IMG/VR virus record: IMGVR_UViG_3300020391_000004
Span: 67,615 to 131,614 of that record
Direction: 5' to 3' (one strand)
Source of the DNA: a virus
Length of the DNA stretch: 64,000 nt
Below, piece after piece: positions 32,761 through 42,400 of the stretch; position 1 is the first letter of the stretch; every line of letters begins with the position of its first letter. Under the pieces are notes generated by a model that did no database searches, was not told the origin of the DNA, and saw nothing but the letters and a program-made list of their open reading frames with translations. The position numbers were made by a program, and so were the translations under genes.

Positions 32761-33695
32761 TAATTATTCTCCTGTAACCTCTTCCATGCAGTACCGTCTT
32801 CTATTTCTCTTTTTTTGTATTGATTATGTGCAAGCCAATATAGTAACGGTTTTCTATTGATAGGTTCTGTGTTAAATTCTTCTGGCTTTGCTGAATTTTT
32901 AAAAATGTCTATATCGTAACTTACTCTTACACAACAACTTTGTTCACTTGTTATTACAGGTATTCCTAGTAATGTAGCTTCTAGAGCAACCATACTGTTA
33001 TAAGCTATTACGCATTGTGCATCTAGTAGTGCTTGGCTCAAAGGTTGATCATTAGCACTGCTATCATATGTTTTAAGTTCTAGTAAGTTTCCATCTCCAT
33101 CTACTACAGGTTCATTAGGCTTACGTCTTACTACAATACGATAGTGTTCATCAGGAGGCAAGTACTGTTTTAATTTATGAACTATTCCGTCTAACCAATC
33201 GTCTGGTCCTTGATCCATAAACCAACTTACTGCACCTGTGGGAGGAAGTATTAATATATTTTCACCTCTTTGGCTATTGTGTTGCCATTTATTACATTGA
33301 TATCCATAGTGTTTATGAAATCCGTTCCAACGATCTTTAGATACATCACGTAGTGATATGCAAGTATGACTGTTCTTACTAATACGCATCCACCCTTTAC
33401 CTCCATATCCAGGACTAAAGTATGCATGATCCATGTAATAATAATCTATACCTTTTTGTTTTGCTTCTTTAAGCATTTTGCCTGTGCCACGTAATATACC
33501 TAATGTAGCTACTGCATCTACGCCGGGTAAAATATCACTAGGTAATCCATTTTTTTTATAATTTTCTATTTGCATATGTTTAACTTGCCATGCACCATTT
33601 ACACTATTATTATATCTAATTACACCTCTTGCGAAAGCAATAGTAATGTTTGTTGTAATTCTTCTACTTGTATCATATACATATAATCTAGGCAT
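32760..33695 (-). CDS. capsule-synthesis (KpsS/GT-B-like) family protein
   Basis: YMDHAYF, IVVRRKP and VIAYNSMVALEATLLGIPV. Confidence 0.7.
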   Translation of the reverse strand: MPRLYVYDTSRRITTNITIAFARGVIRYNNSVNGAWQVKHMQIENYKKNGLPSDILPGVDAVATLGILRGTGKMLKEAKQKGIDYYYMDHAYFSPGYGGKGWMRISKNSHTCISLRDVSKDRWNGFHKHYGYQCNKWQHNSQRGENILILPPTGAVSWFMDQGPDDWLDGIVHKLKQYLPPDEHYRIVVRRKPNEPVVDGDGNLLELKTYDSSANDQPLSQALLDAQCVIAYNSMVALEATLLGIPVITSEQSCCVRVSYDIDIFKNSAKPEEFNTEPINRKPLLYWLAHNQYKKREIEDGTAWKRLQENN

Positions 33696-34440
33696 TCAGT
33701 ATCCCCTCTGCTAGTCCTGATTCTATTTCCTTGTGTGTAAATTGACTGTATGCTAAATTATAAAACCATTGCATACGATCTACACGTTTAGGATTGTTAA
33801 TTGATTCTATATGCCAACTACTTATATCACTAGCAAAACTATCTTTATGACATATTGTAGGTATGCCTAATAGTTGTGCTTCAAGGGCACATAGACTTAT
33901 ACAAGTTACGACGCAATGCGTATCTTGTGCTTGTTGGGCAAATGGAATTTCCGCTACACTAGGACCACTAGTGCCATTTGCTCTAGGCTTATGTCTAATC
34001 TCATAAGGTCTATCTGTATAAAATTCTAATTCTTTAATAATAAACTCTAACCATTGTTGTACACTTAAACCTGTTACATATCTAGTCATAGTTTCACTAC
34101 TTGGGCATACAAGTATCTTTGTACCTTTGCCGTATTCTTTTGGTGTAACATTCCATTTTTTAAATCTATCACTAGGATAATCTAAGGTATGTCGATAATG
34201 AATATGATTTTTTCCGACACGCCAATAAAAATCTTCTTTTGTTTTATCATACCATCTGCCGTAGTATGGCATATCCCAGAAGTACCAAGGTCTTTTAGTT
34301 GCTTTGCATACTTTTATATTTGTTTGATTACTTCCTATAAATCCCCAGAAGTGATCTTCAGTGCCTTTCCATCCTTTTGCCAGGCTATCCATTACCCAAT
34401 TACATTTACTGTCAGTTTTTGTAGGATGTCTATGCAACAT
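33688..34440 (-). CDS. capsule-synthesis (KpsS/GT-B-like) family protein
   Basis: WDMPYY, IRHKP, VVTCISLCALEAQLLGIP and LAYSQF..KEI. Confidence 0.7.
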   Translation of the reverse strand: MLHRHPTKTDSKCNWVMDSLAKGWKGTEDHFWGFIGSNQTNIKVCKATKRPWYFWDMPYYGRWYDKTKEDFYWRVGKNHIHYRHTLDYPSDRFKKWNVTPKEYGKGTKILVCPSSETMTRYVTGLSVQQWLEFIIKELEFYTDRPYEIRHKPRANGTSGPSVAEIPFAQQAQDTHCVVTCISLCALEAQLLGIPTICHKDSFASDISSWHIESINNPKRVDRMQWFYNLAYSQFTHKEIESGLAEGILNA

Positions 34441-35255
34441 TAGTAGGTTGCACTCTTATGATCTGATTGACGTAAATCTATATTATCTTTACTATATTCA
34501 CTTTTAAGTTCATCTACAATATCGTTTACGTAACGTCCTTGAAAAGGTATCTGGAATGGTACATCTTTAGTTTTAGTGTATGCAGTTACTATACTAATGT
34601 TTTGTGATGCGCCATCTCTATCATGTAATTCATCGTATGCTTTCTCAAGTTGACTTAATGGCTTACGCGGCTTCTTTTGTTCGTAATGTGTCCAGCTATC
34701 TATGTCTGTAGGACAATCTATATATTTGCCTGTATTCCTTGCTAACCACATAAACTTCCATTTATATCCATTAGCCGCGGCTATGTCTCTGAACAATCCA
34801 GGATGAAAACTATAAAAGCAGTGATTAAACCACGGAGCAAATGGCAATACATTTATCATAGTACCGCCCACTTTGCATAAGTTGTGCATGTTCTCAAAAA
34901 CTGTGCGTTGGTCAAATATATGTTCGCCGGTACCATTGTTTGTTACATAATCAAATTGTCTTGTATAGTTGTATTTGTCTTTTAGTATAAAGTTTAAATC
35001 CATTGCTATACTACGTAGTTCTGTATTAATATCTATTGCAAGGTAATCACTGAAGCCTAAGTCCTCAAAGTATTCCCATACATATTGTGTTGGTTTACGT
35101 AATGTTCGGCCACTTACTTGTTCGCATTTGTTTAACCAATCTTCGCCATAACGGAAACGTTGATTACCCCACTCTACTACAGTCGCTCCTGAGGTAAAAG
35201 ACTCTTGCTTTACTAGTGTAGCAGTCGCAAGTTGCATTATATTATTAAAAGCCAT
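34440..35255 (-). CDS. class I SAM-dependent methyltransferase-like protein
   Basis: VEWGNQ, IDIN and FDYVTNNGTGEHIFDQ...CKVGG. Confidence 0.75.
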   Translation of the reverse strand: MAFNNIMQLATATLVKQESFTSGATVVEWGNQRFRYGEDWLNKCEQVSGRTLRKPTQYVWEYFEDLGFSDYLAIDINTELRSIAMDLNFILKDKYNYTRQFDYVTNNGTGEHIFDQRTVFENMHNLCKVGGTMINVLPFAPWFNHCFYSFHPGLFRDIAAANGYKWKFMWLARNTGKYIDCPTDIDSWTHYEQKKPRKPLSQLEKAYDELHDRDGASQNISIVTAYTKTKDVPFQIPFQGRYVNDIVDELKSEYSKDNIDLRQSDHKSATY

Positions 35256-35256
35256 A

Positions 35257-36492
35257 TTACGCCTCTTTTAAAAAATGATAGTATTCTCGTTTTCCACCAG
35301 CTCTAGCAGGGCCATGGTCAATTTGTTTAAACTTTTCTTTAAATGCAGTAATCATTTTATTTGTATGATCTATGTTATTAGGTCTATTTTCTAGCTTCTG
35401 CGTTTCATGAACTACAATACCATTAGGTGCTACTATGTCATAATAGTAATCTACTATTTGGTCTTCTGTTAATCCTCCAAAGTCACGTAATTGAATACTT
35501 ACTGCTAAACTAAGTAGTATATCATATTGCTTAGTATTATTTTGCACAAATTCATTAAATGTTTGTTTTATCCACTTTACTGTGTTAGTATTTGGTAATT
35601 CTACATGTGGCTCAACACCTGTAGCACTTTCTACCATAGGTGCTACTAGTTCTGTAATATAACCATCATTACAACCTATATCAACTAATTTATGATATTC
35701 TTTGCATATTTGATCTAGTTTCATATTCTTTACACGATTTATTGCATCATCTATTCCGAAACGTTTTTGATATTTTTTCCATGCTTCTACATATTTTGGA
35801 TTTGGTATGTTGTATTGTGTCATTGATTTAAATGCCTCTCTTGGGTTCATTTCTTTCATACGTTTCCATATTTTTTCTTTATGGTCACTAGGAGGTATCT
35901 TCCTCCACATTTCTTTTTCAAAACTTTCTTTCGGATATTTTAATCCTGTTAATAAAAATTTTCTAAAATTATCTGGATCATATCTACTAAACAATTGCTT
36001 AACTTTAGGATGCATTGTATCTTCTAAAAATCCTTTTGGATTTGCCATTTCAAAGTCTATCAAATGTAATTCACCATCTTTAATGCATAAATTACTTAGC
36101 GGTACATCACTGCGAGGATTGTATGCAATAGGGGGTTTTAAGGGTTCCTTATTTAATCCTGCAAAGAAGTATTGTATGTTTGCTTTTTCAAGTCCATCGC
36201 ATATACGATTTGCTTGATCTAAGTATAACATAAGATTATGCTCATGCCAAGTACTAAACAAATGTTCTCCACAATTCTCCATTTCCACAATCATTTCTTT
36301 ATCTCTTGCGGCATGTAGTATTGGAAATCCTGGATATCCTTGTAGTCTACGTAAGCACTCTACTTCGCGTTCGTAACATTCACGTAGTGTGCCACGTGTA
36401 GGTTTAACACCTTTTTTACGTAGTCCAAAAAACTTAATTGCTTTTTCAGGACCGATGAATACGCCACTTACTTTGCCAATGGCATATCTCAT
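35257..36492 (-). CDS. kinase-like / SAM methyltransferase fusion
   Basis: N-terminal REVECL, DVPLSN (D-x4-N) and LIDFE; C-terminal LVDIGCNDG. Confidence 0.75.
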   Translation of the reverse strand: MRYAIGKVSGVFIGPEKAIKFFGLRKKGVKPTRGTLRECYEREVECLRRLQGYPGFPILHAARDKEMIVEMENCGEHLFSTWHEHNLMLYLDQANRICDGLEKANIQYFFAGLNKEPLKPPIAYNPRSDVPLSNLCIKDGELHLIDFEMANPKGFLEDTMHPKVKQLFSRYDPDNFRKFLLTGLKYPKESFEKEMWRKIPPSDHKEKIWKRMKEMNPREAFKSMTQYNIPNPKYVEAWKKYQKRFGIDDAINRVKNMKLDQICKEYHKLVDIGCNDGYITELVAPMVESATGVEPHVELPNTNTVKWIKQTFNEFVQNNTKQYDILLSLAVSIQLRDFGGLTEDQIVDYYYDIVAPNGIVVHETQKLENRPNNIDHTNKMITAFKEKFKQIDHGPARAGGKREYYHFLKEA

Positions 36493-37256
36493 CGCTTAAT
36501 TTCTTTTACTTTCCACATCTTACCATTGCCATTAAATTCGCCAATGATATTGATACTACGTCTACGTTCAGTAGGTTCTATTCTTGGAGTGACACTGTGT
36601 ATACTGCCCATAACATTTAAAAACATACAAAAGCTATTTTGCTTATAAGGCACTTGTGTAACTTCCTCATGTACATTGTCCTCTACTTGTCTACCTAAAC
36701 TTTTGTTTACTTGTTTTATTTCGTTTATTTGTCTATGGATTGTAAAGTTTCCGCCTGTTGCATTATCTTCAGGTTTTTTCATATATAACAAACCAGCATA
36801 TATTTCCACAGGATTGTCAACATGCGGTGTTCTACTTGTACCTGTTTGATCTACAGGCTCATGTACAACAAATTGGCAATCAGTTACATACTGTCCACTG
36901 TTATCTACATCTCTGGTAGTAACATTGTCTGCATTTAGTAAGTATTGATATTGTGGATAAGATTTCATTATGCTTGGTTCGAATAATTTAATACATTCTT
37001 TGAAATATTCTTGACTCGTATGATATGCAAAAAAATCCTGCCATATGGGCGGAGGTGCTTCAACTGCACATTCTTTACTTTTATATCTATAAGTTATACC
37101 ACCATCATGCGGTGATGTACTACAAACCAAATCCTCTGGAAATGAATCTGCAAGTTCTTTATATAAATTTTCTGGTAGTGCATCTTCAACACAAACAAAA
37201 GGATAAGGGTCTTGTTCTACTACTTTTACATTTTGTATAACGCTAAGATTATTCAT
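36489..37256 (-). CDS. 2OG-Fe(II) dioxygenase
   Basis: PHVD, SIHSV and RRSIN facial-triad and Arg motifs. Confidence 0.85.
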   Translation of the reverse strand: MNNLSVIQNVKVVEQDPYPFVCVEDALPENLYKELADSFPEDLVCSTSPHDGGITYRYKSKECAVEAPPPIWQDFFAYHTSQEYFKECIKLFEPSIMKSYPQYQYLLNADNVTTRDVDNSGQYVTDCQFVVHEPVDQTGTSRTPHVDNPVEIYAGLLYMKKPEDNATGGNFTIHRQINEIKQVNKSLGRQVEDNVHEEVTQVPYKQNSFCMFLNVMGSIHSVTPRIEPTERRRSINIIGEFNGNGKMWKVKEIKR

Positions 37257-37665
37257 AATATGTTCCTTGTATACTTTTTATTTCAAGCATGTTATAATTT
37301 GGATCTTCAACAAAAAATGTTTCTTGTTGTGTATCCTTACCTTCAAATCTAATGTAAGGATTATCGTAAAATCCAATAGATGCTTCAATTTTACTTTTTA
37401 CTTTTACATATATATCCCATGGTAAATGCACACCAAAATGTGGCACACAGACTGCTCCCATATCAACATTATGTCTTTCTCTAGTTTCAGACTTCGTAGC
37501 TCTTGGTGTAGTTTCATGTAATGTTAATTCATTACCCCAAAAGTCTATATCTTGCCATTTGCCTTCTTCTTTTGGTCCTAGTTCACAACCTAATACATCT
37601 GTATAAAATGGTAAAGTTGTTTCTAAGTTTCCTCCTTCAATTGCTAAATGAAAGCAATTAGTCAT
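37249..37665 (-). CDS. VOC/glyoxalase family protein
   Basis: FHLAI...FYTDVLGC...DFWGNELTLH...PHFG...DPNYNMLEIK. Confidence 0.88.
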   Translation of the reverse strand: MTNCFHLAIEGGNLETTLPFYTDVLGCELGPKEEGKWQDIDFWGNELTLHETTPRATKSETRERHNVDMGAVCVPHFGVHLPWDIYVKVKSKIEASIGFYDNPYIRFEGKDTQQETFFVEDPNYNMLEIKSIQGTYYE

Positions 37666-38021
37666 GACTTCTCTCCTAATTGGGTCCAGTCATCACCGTA
37701 TCCAATTATACATATACTATCATATGAGGGATGATATTCGGTAATACTAAACGTCTTTGTCTTTATATTTACAAATATCTGTAAAGGAATGTGTGCTGGA
37801 ATATCTGATAATCCATCTTTATCACGTACCTTTGTACTTTGTATTCCTGTAATTATAGGTATCTCGCCTTTAGCATGTATGGCTTCTAATGCTACATCTT
37901 TATTTTCACACATAACAGGTTTTTCATTCCATTCGCCTGCTTGTACATTTTTAAACATTCCTAGTCCAAAAATAGCCAAATAAACTGCCACTAATATTCC
38001 TATAGGTAAATATGATCTCAT
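37662..38021 (-). CDS. exported hypothetical protein
   Basis: Signal-peptide-like N-terminus; KPVMC...CIIGYG. Confidence 0.65.
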   Translation of the reverse strand: MRSYLPIGILVAVYLAIFGLGMFKNVQAGEWNEKPVMCENKDVALEAIHAKGEIPIITGIQSTKVRDKDGLSDIPAHIPLQIFVNIKTKTFSITEYHPSYDSICIIGYGDDWTQLGEKS

Positions 38022-38033
38022 GTTTTGTCTCCC

Positions 38034-38501
38034 TTATTTTTTTAAAAACTTAGTGTGCGGAAAATCATAGTATATTAGTTCAGTTTTATCTGTACTTTGT
38101 CCATGTCCTTCTTTTTTTGTCTTAAATTGGCCCATCTGTTGAACACCAGTTTCTGATTGACGTTTAGACATTTTTTCAAGTTGTTCTCTATTTTCCTTTG
38201 TATGTTTGATACTATATAATCTTGTGCCTTGCTTATCTAACACTAAAAGTTCAATACTCTTCGAAGTTTCTGTATGATATAGATATGACCATTCACCTTT
38301 AGGTAAAGCAGGATAAGGTCTTCCAAATATTTTTTCAATATCAATTGTTAAAAATGCAAGAGCAATAAAACTTGCTGGTAGTAAAATTATTGCAATCTTC
38401 CAATTTACTCTAATCCATATACATATGCATAGTAATAAAATTAGCACAGGCCATCCTATAATATGATATATCCAAGTATCAAACCAGTCTAGATTAAACA
38501 T
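38034..38501 (-). CDS. membrane protein, third gene of the ExbBD-like module
   Basis: Two N-terminal TM segments plus a soluble domain; coupled to the exbD-like gene. Confidence 0.65.
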   Translation of the reverse strand: MFNLDWFDTWIYHIIGWPVLILLLCICIWIRVNWKIAIILLPASFIALAFLTIDIEKIFGRPYPALPKGEWSYLYHTETSKSIELLVLDKQGTRLYSIKHTKENREQLEKMSKRQSETGVQQMGQFKTKKEGHGQSTDKTELIYYDFPHTKFLKK

Positions 38502-39124
38502 TACATTGGATCTCCTACCATACTACGATTAATAATCGATATATTATTCTGCCATACTGTTTTTACAATATTTCCTTTATCATCAACATAAAAAGCCATA
38601 ACACCTGCTTCTTGTCCTTTTTTAGATAAAGGTATAATAATGTCTCCTAAATACTTATATCTTTTTACAGTCATAAATCTTACAATAACATCAGCAGGCA
38701 AAACTCCACCATGTGTTGCATACATATGTAAATTAACGAGATACTTCCCTTCAAATAAATTAGTAAAGTGTACTACTTCTTGATTTTTAGTATAAACAAT
38801 TTTTCCTTGAAATGTATCATTTCCTCCACCTATATCATCTTTTTCTAAATGCATACCCGGATGTGTTTTTTTCGTAAAACTTAATATATTTCCTTTAGGA
38901 TCCTTAACCCAAATGTCTACATCTAGTTTACTATTATCATCCCAATCTATTACTAACATTGCTACATCGGGTGGGTCAATTTTTCCATCTTCTGCTATTG
39001 GATTTATTAATATATAAGCAATAAAAAATAAAAACACAAAACCTACTAGCATATTAAAAAGTAGATCTATAAATCCAAAGGTTGTTAAGTAACGTTTAGT
39101 GTTTCTTGGCATAATGACCTTCAT
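38501..39124 (-). CDS. ExbD/TolR/MotB-like single-TM protein with beta-sandwich domain
   Basis: GFIDLLFNMLVGF TM segment with conserved Asp; DVDIWVKDP...EKDD. Confidence 0.65.
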   Translation of the reverse strand: MKVIMPRNTKRYLTTFGFIDLLFNMLVGFVFLFFIAYILINPIAEDGKIDPPDVAMLVIDWDDNSKLDVDIWVKDPKGNILSFTKKTHPGMHLEKDDIGGGNDTFQGKIVYTKNQEVVHFTNLFEGKYLVNLHMYATHGGVLPADVIVRFMTVKRYKYLGDIIIPLSKKGQEAGVMAFYVDDKGNIVKTVWQNNISIINRSMVGDPM

Positions 39125-39566
39125 ATATCATTAATTGACATTTTAAATTTAAACTACTTCCTAAACCAACTAAAGTGGTTGTTAAAGCTGTACTCATTCC
39201 TGTTGCCATTTGTCCTAATGATTGGGTTAAGGATTCTGTACTAGTTACATCTATTCCTTCAAAGGATGAATATAGCATGATTAAAAAACCACTTACCGTA
39301 CCGATAAGACCTAAAGTGATCATGCTTTCAGCAGTAAACCATAGCATCTCGTCATAAACTTCTTTAGGTTTAAATATTTTATATAATACAAATGCTGAAC
39401 TTATTAACCATACTAATATAACTAAAAAACTAATTTTTGTTTTATCAGCATCATATAATGCAGTCCATAAGTCGAACATATGTAATATAAAAAATCCAAA
39501 AAAAGTAACTGTTATTAATGCTACCCATTTGTAAAGTAATGATTGCTCCATTATTTGTCCTTCCAT
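39096..39566 (-). CDS. MotA/TolQ/ExbB proton-channel family protein
   Basis: LGLIGTVSGF and GMSTALTTTLVGL signature helices. Confidence 0.85.
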   Translation of the reverse strand: MEGQIMEQSLLYKWVALITVTFFGFFILHMFDLWTALYDADKTKISFLVILVWLISSAFVLYKIFKPKEVYDEMLWFTAESMITLGLIGTVSGFLIMLYSSFEGIDVTSTESLTQSLGQMATGMSTALTTTLVGLGSSLNLKCQLMIYEGHYAKKH

Positions 39567-40453
39567 TTTATTACACCATTAGACTTTTGTTGTTGTGCCG
39601 CGTCATATTCATGTGGATTTTTTAGTTTTTCTGCACGAATCTGTTGCTTTGTGACTTGTCTTAAATCATGCCAATGCGGATTGCTATGATGTGCAAATCC
39701 TCCTACTAAGTCGCCTGCAAGGCTTTTTCCAACTTCTTTTCTAAAGCCTTTTAGATGATCCATATAGGCTCCTAGTGGACTGTTTATAAAAATATGTCCG
39801 CCTTTATCAGGACCTCCAAGGTCATTCATTTGCACACCCATTGATTTAAAATCCTCAATTAGTTCGCCAAATATAAAACTATCGTGATATTCTACGTGAT
39901 TAAATATATCATCACTTTCATATATCCAACGCCATTGATTCATGAATTCATCAAATTTTGAGTGGTGTCTGTTAAACATCATCCATCCACATTCTGGCCA
40001 TGTCCTACGTCCTAAATATGTTGCTAGTTGATCTTCATTTGGTGCTAGACTATGTAGAAAGTCAACATTCATTGGAGTATGTGTTCTAACATCACCATCA
40101 CACCAAATAAAAATATCTGTACCACAGTTTTTTGCAAAGTGCCATAGTGCAAAAGTTTTATTTGCAAATCGACTTGCGTCCCATAAAAAACTTTTTTTAC
40201 TCTTATCTTTGTTATATCCATGTGCATGTGGATTGTCTTTATGTCGTTCTTGCCATGCCTTAAGATCCGGTAGTGTATTTCTTTGATCTAAAATAGTAAT
40301 GTCATTATTATTAGTTTCAGGTACGTGATCCTCTGCATATATTGTAAGAGGCACCTCTTTGGGCCAGAAATTATTATATCCTTCAATAAATGCTTTTCCA
40401 TATTTTTTGTATCCCGTCTTGTGCCAGGAGGTAAATACTGATAAAGTACGCAT
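39551..40453 (-). CDS. nucleotide-diphospho-sugar transferase-like protein
   Basis: RFANKTFAL, DxD in WCDGD, YHDSFIF and HLKG. Confidence 0.7.
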   Translation of the reverse strand: MRTLSVFTSWHKTGYKKYGKAFIEGYNNFWPKEVPLTIYAEDHVPETNNNDITILDQRNTLPDLKAWQERHKDNPHAHGYNKDKSKKSFLWDASRFANKTFALWHFAKNCGTDIFIWCDGDVRTHTPMNVDFLHSLAPNEDQLATYLGRRTWPECGWMMFNRHHSKFDEFMNQWRWIYESDDIFNHVEYHDSFIFGELIEDFKSMGVQMNDLGGPDKGGHIFINSPLGAYMDHLKGFRKEVGKSLAGDLVGGFAHHSNPHWHDLRQVTKQQIRAEKLKNPHEYDAAQQQKSNGVIKWKDK

Positions 40454-40458
40454 ATAAC

Positions 40459-40466
40459 TATTTATA
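40459..40466 (-). promoter_or_regulatory. late promoter TATAAATA, 5 nt before ATG
   Basis: Exact T4 late consensus. Confidence 0.75.
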
Positions 40467-40481
40467 AGGATTTAATCTGCA

Positions 40482-41336
40482 ATGAAAATATCTCACTTTC
40501 CAAATAATTTACCAAGCAACGCAGACGAAGTTTATCCACAATTAATAGAAGCAATAGGCAAAACAGACGAACTAGTAACCAGTTCGATGGATGCTGATGT
40601 TGCTCTTATATGGAGTGTACTATGGTATGGCAAGATGGCTGGTAATAAGAGAGTATGGGATCATTATAGAGAACAAAATAAACCTGTAGTAGTCATTGAG
40701 GTAGGGGGCCTTATACGTAATGGTACTTGGAAATTAGGTATAAATGGTATCAACAGAGATGCAGACTTTGCAGTAGAAGACTATATGCCTAGCGACAGAT
40801 TAAGTAAATTTGGAATAGTACTACAACGTTGGAAAGAAGAAGGAGAATATGTATTAATATGCGGTCAACACGGACATAGTCAACAATGGATTGGTATGCC
40901 AGACATGGATACATATTATAAAAATACTATTACTGAAGTAAGAAAATATACAGACAAACCAATAGTAGTACGTAGTCATCCTCGATTTAGAGAAGGATTA
41001 CATTGGGCATGTGATAGTGAATGGTACAAAAAACAAGGCGTTACGTGGAATATACCTAAGCACATACAACAAACTTATGATAGTTTTGACTTAGAACATA
41101 TGTTAAAGCATACTCATTGTACTATAAGTTATAGTAGTAATGCAGGAATTAGTAGTGTAATAGCGGGTGTGCCAGCAATTGTAAGCGAACATAGTTTGGC
41201 ATACGAAGTGGGTACTGAAATGAATGAATGGTTAAGTAAACCAGATAGGGCAAATTGGATTAACAAAATGAGTTATATAGAATGGTTTCCACATGAAATT
41301 GGAACACAATGGCTAAGGATAAGGGAAAAACTTTAA
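40482..41336 (+). CDS. capsule-synthesis (KpsS/GT-B-like) family protein
   Basis: VIEVGGL, IVVRSHP and ISYSSNAGISSVIAGVP. Confidence 0.7.
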   Translation: MKISHFPNNLPSNADEVYPQLIEAIGKTDELVTSSMDADVALIWSVLWYGKMAGNKRVWDHYREQNKPVVVIEVGGLIRNGTWKLGINGINRDADFAVEDYMPSDRLSKFGIVLQRWKEEGEYVLICGQHGHSQQWIGMPDMDTYYKNTITEVRKYTDKPIVVRSHPRFREGLHWACDSEWYKKQGVTWNIPKHIQQTYDSFDLEHMLKHTHCTISYSSNAGISSVIAGVPAIVSEHSLAYEVGTEMNEWLSKPDRANWINKMSYIEWFPHEIGTQWLRIREKL

Positions 41337-42136
41337 TGACAACATGCGTATTAGTTACAGGAGGATTTGATCCATTACATAGTGGACATATTGCATATTT
41401 TAAAGCAGCTAAAGAATTAGCAAAGTATGGAGGTAAACTGTATGTTGGTGTTAATAGTGATGATTGGTTACAACGTAAAAAAGGTAGACCGTTTATGCCA
41501 TTTAAAGAACGTAGCAATATTGTTCAAGAACTAAGTTGTGTAGATAGATGTATTAGTTTTGATGATAACGATGATACTGCTAACGGAGCAATTCTTAAAA
41601 TGGTTACACAGTACAACTTTCGTAAAATTATATTTGCAAATGGTGGTGATCGTGTACAAGGTAATTGTCCTGAACACAAAGAGTGGATCAAAGATAAAAG
41701 GATAGAATTTGCTTATGGTGTAGGTGGAGATAATAAGGCGAATAGTAGTAGTTGGATCTTAAAGGACTGGACTGCTCCTAAAGTTACAAGAGAGTGGGGG
41801 CATTATAGAAATTTATATAATGGCGATGGCTTTCGTGTAAAAGAATTAGTAATAAATCCAAATAGTAAACTATCAATGCAAAAGCATGAAAACAGAAGTG
41901 AAACCTGGAATTTAGTATCCGGCACAGCAAAAATATTAACTAGTCATAGGAGCATGCCAATTGATCCAGCAGTGCATACATTACAAGTACAAAATCCTAT
42001 AGATATTCCTTTAGGTACTTGGCATCGTGGCTATAATGATAGTAATCAACCAGCACATATAATTGAAATTTGGAAAGGGCCTAGCGAGTTGCTATCTGAG
42101 GAAGATATACGTCGTTGGGATCCATTAGCTAGTTAA
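41336..42136 (+). CDS. cytidylyltransferase-like (HxGH) / mannose-6-phosphate isomerase cupin fusion
   Basis: TGGFDPLHSGH, FANGGDR, REWG and LSMQKHENRSETW; start coupled to the upstream stop. Confidence 0.88.
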   Translation: MTTCVLVTGGFDPLHSGHIAYFKAAKELAKYGGKLYVGVNSDDWLQRKKGRPFMPFKERSNIVQELSCVDRCISFDDNDDTANGAILKMVTQYNFRKIIFANGGDRVQGNCPEHKEWIKDKRIEFAYGVGGDNKANSSSWILKDWTAPKVTREWGHYRNLYNGDGFRVKELVINPNSKLSMQKHENRSETWNLVSGTAKILTSHRSMPIDPAVHTLQVQNPIDIPLGTWHRGYNDSNQPAHIIEIWKGPSELLSEEDIRRWDPLAS

Positions 42137-42365
42137 GACTGTGTACTAGATTGTAACATAATCTCGGCGGTAACCACTGTAATAAAAAAGCATGTAATCT
42201 ATATCGTAAGTAAGTTTCTTCAACTAATTTTTCATCTACAGTTTTTAGTGTTTTTTTCCAGTAAGGGTATTCAGCGCCAGATAAGACTACTTCATAATTT
42301 TTTGTTGTTTTCAGTACTTTGACATGTAGGTATTTACATCTTTTATTTTTTAAAATTTTCTTCAC
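42129..42365 (-). CDS. hypothetical protein
   Basis: GTG start, GGAG RBS and late promoter upstream. Confidence 0.45.
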   Translation of the reverse strand: MKKILKNKRCKYLHVKVLKTTKNYEVVLSGAEYPYWKKTLKTVDEKLVEETYLRYRLHAFLLQWLPPRLCYNLVHSLN

Positions 42366-42393
42366 CTAGCTTCTCCATTAGAAAATTTAAATA

Positions 42394-42400
42394 TATTTAT
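42394..42400 (-). promoter_or_regulatory. late promoter ATAAATA
   Basis: Motif upstream of the 42365 gene. Confidence 0.45.

Noticed and set aside
38034-39566. Calling the ExbBD-like triad a Zorya defence system
   Set aside because: The A subunit lacks the long cytoplasmic tail of ZorA, the B subunit lacks an OmpA-like domain, and no ZorC/D/E genes are adjacent
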